Positions 58,806 to 64,000 of a stretch of DNA of 64,000 nt are shown one piece after another (the stretch's first letter is position 1; every line of letters begins with the position of its first letter). This DNA comes from a virus. Position numbers and translations under genes: made by a program. The stretch covers positions 32,001 through 96,000 of IMG/VR virus record IMGVR_UViG_3300007734_000761; one strand, 5' to 3'. The notes beneath the pieces are model-generated. The model did not search any database and had not been told where the DNA came from. It saw nothing but the letters and a program-made list of their open reading frames with translations.

Positions 58806-59140
58806 TAATATCTTCCTTCAATCGGACCTTTACCTCCAGCATAGTTTCTTGAGTATGGACCCCAAGGAGCTATACGACCCTCATATCCAGGTTGAAAACT
58901 TACTGGAGGGTTAGAAGCAGGTTTGAAGTAAGGATAAAATGGAATTTGAGTAGATAAACGACCAGTAAGTAAGTCTTGTGATGCTAATAAAGTATTTGTT
59001 GGAGGTACTCCTACAAATGCTTGTATTCTTGATGTCATCATTTGACCCTCATTTTCAAACTCTGGTCCTTTGTTACCAGCTAATCCATAAACACTAGTTG
59101 TAATTGGATCTAATAATCTGTCTTTTAATGCAATTGCCAT
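58805..59140 (-). CDS. Hypothetical tail-module protein
   Basis: ATATTTAT at 59155-59162. Confidence 0.5.
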   Translation of the reverse strand: MAIALKDRLLDPITTSVYGLAGNKGPEFENEGQMMTSRIQAFVGVPPTNTLLASQDLLTGRLSTQIPFYPYFKPASNPPVSFQPGYEGRIAPWGPYSRNYAGGKGPIEGRY

Positions 59141-59165
59141 GGTTTTATTTTGGTATAAATATTAA

Positions 59166-61514
59166 TTAAGCTGTTCTTGTATTAATTTTCATTTGTGATT
59201 CTGTATTAAATCGAGACATTTGTTGGCCTCCTACATTCGTTGTATTTTCGTTTGTAAGAGTTATATTAATATTTCTGTCTCCTCTAGCTCCTGAGTTAGG
59301 GATATTAATCCCTCCACCACCTCCGGCTCCACTAACATTAGCTTCTCCATCAGATAAAGAATTAATAATAGCATATCCGGCGGCAGCGGCGGCGGCAGCA
59401 ACAACTAAACCTAATCCTCCAGTCAACACAGCATTCATAAATGTTGCTTCGGCTGCTAATGCTGCAAATTTAGGAATTGCTTTAGCAATACCTAATCCTA
59501 CATTATATATCCCAGTCACCATTTTTATTCCTATAATACCTGCTATACTACCTACTATAAATTTAAGAGTTCCTGCTTGACCTAACAATGTTGCCATTCT
59601 ATCAATTAAATCTCCAAAAGGTCCATTTACTGCATTAGCTACAGTTTCTGATAGTTTTTCAATAGCCAGTTGGAATTTAGTTTGATTATCTATTTGAGCT
59701 GCTTGTTTAGCTAATTCTTCTCCATTTGCTGCTCGAGCTAATTCGGCATTTAATTTAGTATAATCTCCAGTTCTAGCTGCTTCTCTCGCAACTTCCTCAA
59801 AAGCAGCTTGTGTTTCAAATGCTGTTCCTTTTAAAAGTTCTTGTTGTTTTAAAGAAGTTGCTAATTCATCTGTGGTTAAGCCAATAGCTGCTGCTAAACT
59901 CTTTTGTTGAAGAACGTTGAGTTGTTGATATTCTTCAATTCCTCCAACGTTATCCATTAATTCTTTTGCAGCTTTAGCACTGTCTCCCATTAAAGCGTAG
60001 TATCTAGCTTGTTCTAAGTTAAGAGCTTTACCTGTTAATAATTCTGCTTCTAATTCTTTACTTAAACTTCCTGCAAAATCATCAACTAAACTACTTCCCA
60101 TTTTTGCAGTTTGTTCTAAAGTTAAGCCTAAAAGTTGAGCTTGAGTAACAGCTTCAGCTAAAAGTGTTGGGTTATTTTTATATTGAGCGGCTAACTGACC
60201 TCCTATTTTAGCTACATCTGATAAAACTTTTCTGTAGTCTAATGTTATTCCTGTTGCTTTTCTAGTGTTTACTACTTGATCACCAATAGCTACTGCTGTT
60301 TGGTGAGCAGTCATGTTATTTAACTTGCCTATACCATAAATTTTAGCACCTTCTTCACCTTGAAGACCCATGCCTTTTACAATTTCTATTTGGTCAATTC
60401 GACTTTGAGCAGTAAATAATGCTCCTGTTCCTAAACTTTTATTTAATTCGTTGTTAGCTTCTATTTGATTTTTAATACTAGCTTGAGTACTAGAAACGTT
60501 TTTATTTATTTGTGATGCTTCGAAGCTGGTTTCTTGAAAGCTATCTGCTAAAATTCTAGCTCCTTCTTTACTTACTTGTACAGACTTACCAAATTCAGTT
60601 AAAGTTTTATCTAAAGCTAAAACATTTTTTAATATAGCATTAAAACTAATTCCAATAGCATCAAGTTGTGTATTAATAAAATTAAGACTAGCTTGTATTC
60701 CGGGGAATTCTTTGATTTTATTAATGTAAAGTAAAGTATAAGATACTATTTTTTGGAAAAAAGTAAGTTGTTGTTTTAAAATATCTAATTCATCTTGGTG
60801 GTTTCTAACAGTATTACGAGAAATGTCCATTTGTTTTTGAGCTAAAGCAAATGCTTGTAATTGTGCTATTTCTTCTTGTGATAAGTTTTTAAGTAATTGT
60901 CCTTTACCAGTATTGATCTGGTTGACAACTTCCATTTGTTTTTTGAGCTCTCTTACTACTAGTCCAGCGTTTAAATATTCTTTTCTTGCTGCTTCTATTT
61001 TTTGTGGATCAGTTCCTGTTCTTCTAACGTCATCGTAAGCTAATCTTTTTTCAGTTAATTCATTTATTTTTTCGTCTATTTTATATCTAGCAGTTAAACC
61101 GTTTATATACTGTTGAGCTAACTTTTGTGCTTTAGTTGCTTCGGTGCTGTTAATGTCACCTAATTTTTTTTCAATATCAATTGATTTTTGTTTATTTTCT
61201 GCAAATTCCTTTCCAGCTTTTTTAATTTTGTCATTTAATTCAGCATATCTTGTAGAATATTCATTAGTTTTCTTTAAAGCTTCTAACTGGTCTTTAATAG
61301 CCTCAGATAAAGATTGAGCTTCATCTTTAGCACTTTTAAATGCATCAGAAATAGATTTTAATTTATCAACTTGAGTACTATATCTTTGATTTAAACGTTC
61401 AGCAAGATTTTCTTGATCTTTTAATTCATCTGTTAACTTTTGGGAATAACCCAACTGTTGTCTAGATTTATCTACACTGTCATTTTGTAACTGATCAATT
61501 GTGCCTGTCGCCAT
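59166..61514 (-). CDS. Tape measure protein
   Basis: Long A/Q/L/K-rich helical protein with hydrophobic C-terminal segments, downstream of the tube and chaperone genes. Confidence 0.75.
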   Translation of the reverse strand: MATGTIDQLQNDSVDKSRQQLGYSQKLTDELKDQENLAERLNQRYSTQVDKLKSISDAFKSAKDEAQSLSEAIKDQLEALKKTNEYSTRYAELNDKIKKAGKEFAENKQKSIDIEKKLGDINSTEATKAQKLAQQYINGLTARYKIDEKINELTEKRLAYDDVRRTGTDPQKIEAARKEYLNAGLVVRELKKQMEVVNQINTGKGQLLKNLSQEEIAQLQAFALAQKQMDISRNTVRNHQDELDILKQQLTFFQKIVSYTLLYINKIKEFPGIQASLNFINTQLDAIGISFNAILKNVLALDKTLTEFGKSVQVSKEGARILADSFQETSFEASQINKNVSSTQASIKNQIEANNELNKSLGTGALFTAQSRIDQIEIVKGMGLQGEEGAKIYGIGKLNNMTAHQTAVAIGDQVVNTRKATGITLDYRKVLSDVAKIGGQLAAQYKNNPTLLAEAVTQAQLLGLTLEQTAKMGSSLVDDFAGSLSKELEAELLTGKALNLEQARYYALMGDSAKAAKELMDNVGGIEEYQQLNVLQQKSLAAAIGLTTDELATSLKQQELLKGTAFETQAAFEEVAREAARTGDYTKLNAELARAANGEELAKQAAQIDNQTKFQLAIEKLSETVANAVNGPFGDLIDRMATLLGQAGTLKFIVGSIAGIIGIKMVTGIYNVGLGIAKAIPKFAALAAEATFMNAVLTGGLGLVVAAAAAAAGYAIINSLSDGEANVSGAGGGGGINIPNSGARGDRNINITLTNENTTNVGGQQMSRFNTESQMKINTRTA

Positions 61515-61531
61515 GTTAATAAATATTTACG

Positions 61532-61765
61532 TTATGATTTTTTTACCTTACTTATAAAATCAGGAACATTTGTAGATTTAGCATATGATTTAGCATCCAT
61601 AGTATTAGATCCTTTCATTGCTTTTTCTTCAGCTTCAGCCTTTTTCTGTAGAAATTCGTTGATTTTCTTGATGTGATAACGACGAGTCATAATAGGCATT
61701 TGCCAAACTTCACTGTAAATAAAACCACCGCCTCCATGATAAGTTAAATCATGAACTTCGGTCAT
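61532..61765 (-). CDS. Small tail assembly protein, possible frameshift extension of the upstream gene
   Basis: Frame is open back to about 61804; VWQMPIMTR motif. Confidence 0.55.
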   Translation of the reverse strand: MTEVHDLTYHGGGGFIYSEVWQMPIMTRRYHIKKINEFLQKKAEAEEKAMKGSNTMDAKSYAKSTNVPDFISKVKKS

Positions 61766-61775
61766 AAAAGTAGAC

Positions 61776-62534
61776 CTATAAGCTGGCGTCAGGCCAAAGA
61801 AAGTTTAGATTCATAGGTACAGAGACACCCTCCACAATGTCTCCTTTACTGTCTTCATAGTTAAAAACCATGTCTAAGTCAGGTGTAATTTCATTTATAT
61901 GTTTGCGAAAAGCGCGTGAATCTTGCAACAACATATTATCCACGAATAAACGAATTTTTTCTGCGTTAGAGTCACCGTTTACCGCGATAATTTGGTATTT
62001 TAAACGTGTGGTTACATCAAAACTTTCTTGAGGATACAACTTCTTTAAACCTCTAAGTTCTTCTTCAATTTTACTTTCATCACCGTGAGTTAAAAGTTTA
62101 AAAGTAACTGTTACTTTACTTTGAGGAAGATTAAAATTAAATTCATTTTTTCCTTTAATAAATAAAGTTTCGTTAATTTTCTTGTCTTTTAATTCACTTA
62201 AATTAATAGTTGTTGAAATTTTCTTTCCGTATTTGTCTGTTACTTCTACTGGGTATTCTGCTCCATAACCTAAAATACGTGCTGCTACTAAAATAGCATT
62301 TTTGTCTCCTAAAATCAATTCACTGTAATCAATTTTACTTACAATCATACTTTGTAAAAGTTTGTCAACTACAATTCCTTTTTCAAGAAAATTTTGGTTA
62401 GTTAGAATGTCTTCTTCTTTAGCAGACATGTACTTTAGTTCAATAGTTCCTGAACTTAATGGACTAGATTCTGGATAAACTAAACCTTTACTAGGTAAGT
62501 CAATAACTTCTGTTGGAAATTTAAATTCGCTCAT
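61776..62534 (-). CDS. Tail/baseplate assembly chaperone (gp26-like)
   Basis: LPSKG, MSAKEEDIL, GDKNAIL..AR..GYG, FLWP. Confidence 0.7.
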   Translation of the reverse strand: MSEFKFPTEVIDLPSKGLVYPESSPLSSGTIELKYMSAKEEDILTNQNFLEKGIVVDKLLQSMIVSKIDYSELILGDKNAILVAARILGYGAEYPVEVTDKYGKKISTTINLSELKDKKINETLFIKGKNEFNFNLPQSKVTVTFKLLTHGDESKIEEELRGLKKLYPQESFDVTTRLKYQIIAVNGDSNAEKIRLFVDNMLLQDSRAFRKHINEITPDLDMVFNYEDSKGDIVEGVSVPMNLNFLWPDASL

Positions 62535-62565
62535 AATAACTTATTTATAATAAATATATACAAAC

Positions 62566-62592
62566 AAAAAAAGTCTGGCAAAAGCCAGACTT
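62566..62592 (-). terminator. Intrinsic terminator after the tail tube gene
   Basis: AAGTCTGGC-TTTT-GCCAGACTT plus T run. Confidence 0.8.
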
Positions 62593-62617
62593 CCTTTGTA
62601 TCTTTTGAGTATATATT

Positions 62618-63106
62618 TTAGTAGTTCAGGATGCAATAATCCATAGCAAGAGTCAAAGTAATGTCTTTCAACGATTCACCTTGACTCCAATCACCTTCAC
62701 CGAAATTGGCTTGTTTGATAAATGCACCTTTAATGATCCACTCACCTACAACATCACCAACAGGACCTAATTCACTCAATGTAATATCTTTTTTATAGAA
62801 ATCTGAGTAACCATCACGGCCTGTTACTGATTCGTGTGATAAACGAATCCATTCCATTACTACCTGTTCACCTGAAGGTGTTACAGGATCGTAAAGGTTC
62901 ATTGTCATGTCCTGCCATTCAGCTTTTCCCTTAATTTTACGATATACGTTAATATGGTCAACTTTAATTGAGTTTAAGTTAACTTCAGGGAATTTTACTT
63001 TATGAACTAAGTAAGCAGGAACACCTTGAATAGTCATTAAAAAGCGGTTTTGAACTTTTGGTTCAAAAGCTGTAAACATTATTTCGTTAGGGTTTAATAC
63101 TGGCAT
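62618..63106 (-). CDS. Tail tube protein (gp19-like)
   Basis: NRF, W...T...YD, YKKDI.L, W.IKGAF, LAMDY. Confidence 0.85.
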   Translation of the reverse strand: MPVLNPNEIMFTAFEPKVQNRFLMTIQGVPAYLVHKVKFPEVNLNSIKVDHINVYRKIKGKAEWQDMTMNLYDPVTPSGEQVVMEWIRLSHESVTGRDGYSDFYKKDITLSELGPVGDVVGEWIIKGAFIKQANFGEGDWSQGESLKDITLTLAMDYCILNY

Positions 63107-63137
63107 TGTCTTATGTTTTTATCTTGTTATAAATATG

Positions 63138-64000
63138 TTAAGCTCCAAAAGTTACACCAGTTGGGGTAATGTTAAAGGTAATGTAGATAAATTCAACTGT
63201 TTTAGCAGGTTGAATGTAAATAGCTCCTACCAATTGGTTTCTGTCAATTACATCAGGAGTGTTGTTACTATCATCCATTACTACCTTATATGCATAAAGA
63301 CCTTGTCTTTGTTGCACTGATTCCATGTATGGGTTAACTTGTGAAACGAAGTTATTTCTTGTAGTTAAAGTATTTTGTTCGAACAACAAGCTTTCTGCAA
63401 CTGCTCTAACATATCTCTTTAAGTTGATCAACAAACGACGAACGTTTACGCGATCCAAAGCACTAGCTTTAGTTTGTAATGTTTTCTGACCGTAAGCTAC
63501 CAAACCAACACCAGGGAAACTAGCAATTGGGTTAACTTTATTTTGGTATAAAGTATCGCGATCGTTTGTGCCTAATTTTCTTTCAGCTTGTAAAGCACCT
63601 CCAACACCACCTCTGTTCAAACCAGCAGGAGCGAACCACTCAGCACTTACTCTATCGTTAAATGCATAAACACCAGGCATTACTGTTGAAGCTGGAACCC
63701 AAACTAATTTACCTGTAGCAGCACTTAATACTTGAACCCAAGGCCAATAAGCCGCTGCATAGTTAGTATTTAATTGGTTAGCTAAAACACCAGGAGTGTT
63801 AATTGTAGCTCCATATCCTACTAAGTCGGCAATATAAAAACAATCACCTCTTTCTTCAGCCATAGTAATATATTGAGATACTACTGTTGATTGATATTGT
63901 TGTGTAATACCAGGAGCTGAAAGTAATGAGAAGTTGTATTCGTCTGGGTTAGCTAAGATATCATCAACTATAGTGTAATCTGAAGCTACTAATCCTTGAG
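63138..64000 (-). CDS. Tail sheath protein (gp18-like), 5' part outside the window
   Basis: YWPW, WFAPAG.NRG, VNPI, GQKT, RVNVRRL, FEQN, IQP..EFI; frame stays open to the window edge. Confidence 0.95.
   Translation of the reverse strand, partial: QGLVASDYTIVDDILANPDEYNFSLLSAPGITQQYQSTVVSQYITMAEERGDCFYIADLVGYGATINTPGVLANQLNTNYAAAYWPWVQVLSAATGKLVWVPASTVMPGVYAFNDRVSAEWFAPAGLNRGGVGGALQAERKLGTNDRDTLYQNKVNPIASFPGVGLVAYGQKTLQTKASALDRVNVRRLLINLKRYVRAVAESLLFEQNTLTTRNNFVSQVNPYMESVQQRQGLYAYKVVMDDSNNTPDVIDRNQLVGAIYIQPAKTVEFIYITFNITPTGVTFGA

Noticed and set aside
1-64000. Stop-codon reassignment
   Set aside because: Conserved genes are full length in the standard code, and no suppressor tRNA was seen.

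Overview
AT-rich 64-kb segment of a large T4-like (contractile-tail) phage genome. Almost every gene is on the minus strand and reads in the standard code. The host is probably Bacteroidota: one protein carries a T9SS C-terminal sorting domain, and I saw no Shine-Dalgarno motifs. In transcription order (high to low coordinates) it holds: a tail module (sheath, tube, chaperone pair, tape measure, baseplate); replication/recombination genes (PolA-like, SSB, RecA/UvsX, 5'-3' exonuclease, DnaB-like helicase, class II RNR, PolB, clamp, clamp loader); a 7-deazaguanine cluster (TGT/DpdA-like, queC, PRTase, thyX, queD, queE, thioesterase, folE, dUTPase); GroES/GroEL; a cell-envelope operon (cohesin-dockerin-T9SS protein, CsgG-like lipoprotein, putative beta-barrel, dockerin protein without sorting domain) running into the lysis genes; a tRNA array with extra structured RNAs; and a glycosyltransferase cluster. 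Best candidates for something new: (1) a phage-encoded cohesin/dockerin surface-display system using the host T9SS plus a CsgG-like pore; (2) a GIY-YIG endonuclease that inserted inside one of those genes and supplies a recoded replacement 5' end; (3) two promoter classes, one the reverse complement of the T4 late promoter and one often built into terminator hairpins; (4) a candidate +1 frameshift in the tail chaperone; (5) anticodon-less tRNA-like and other structured RNAs. All product calls come from motifs read by eye; no searches were run.
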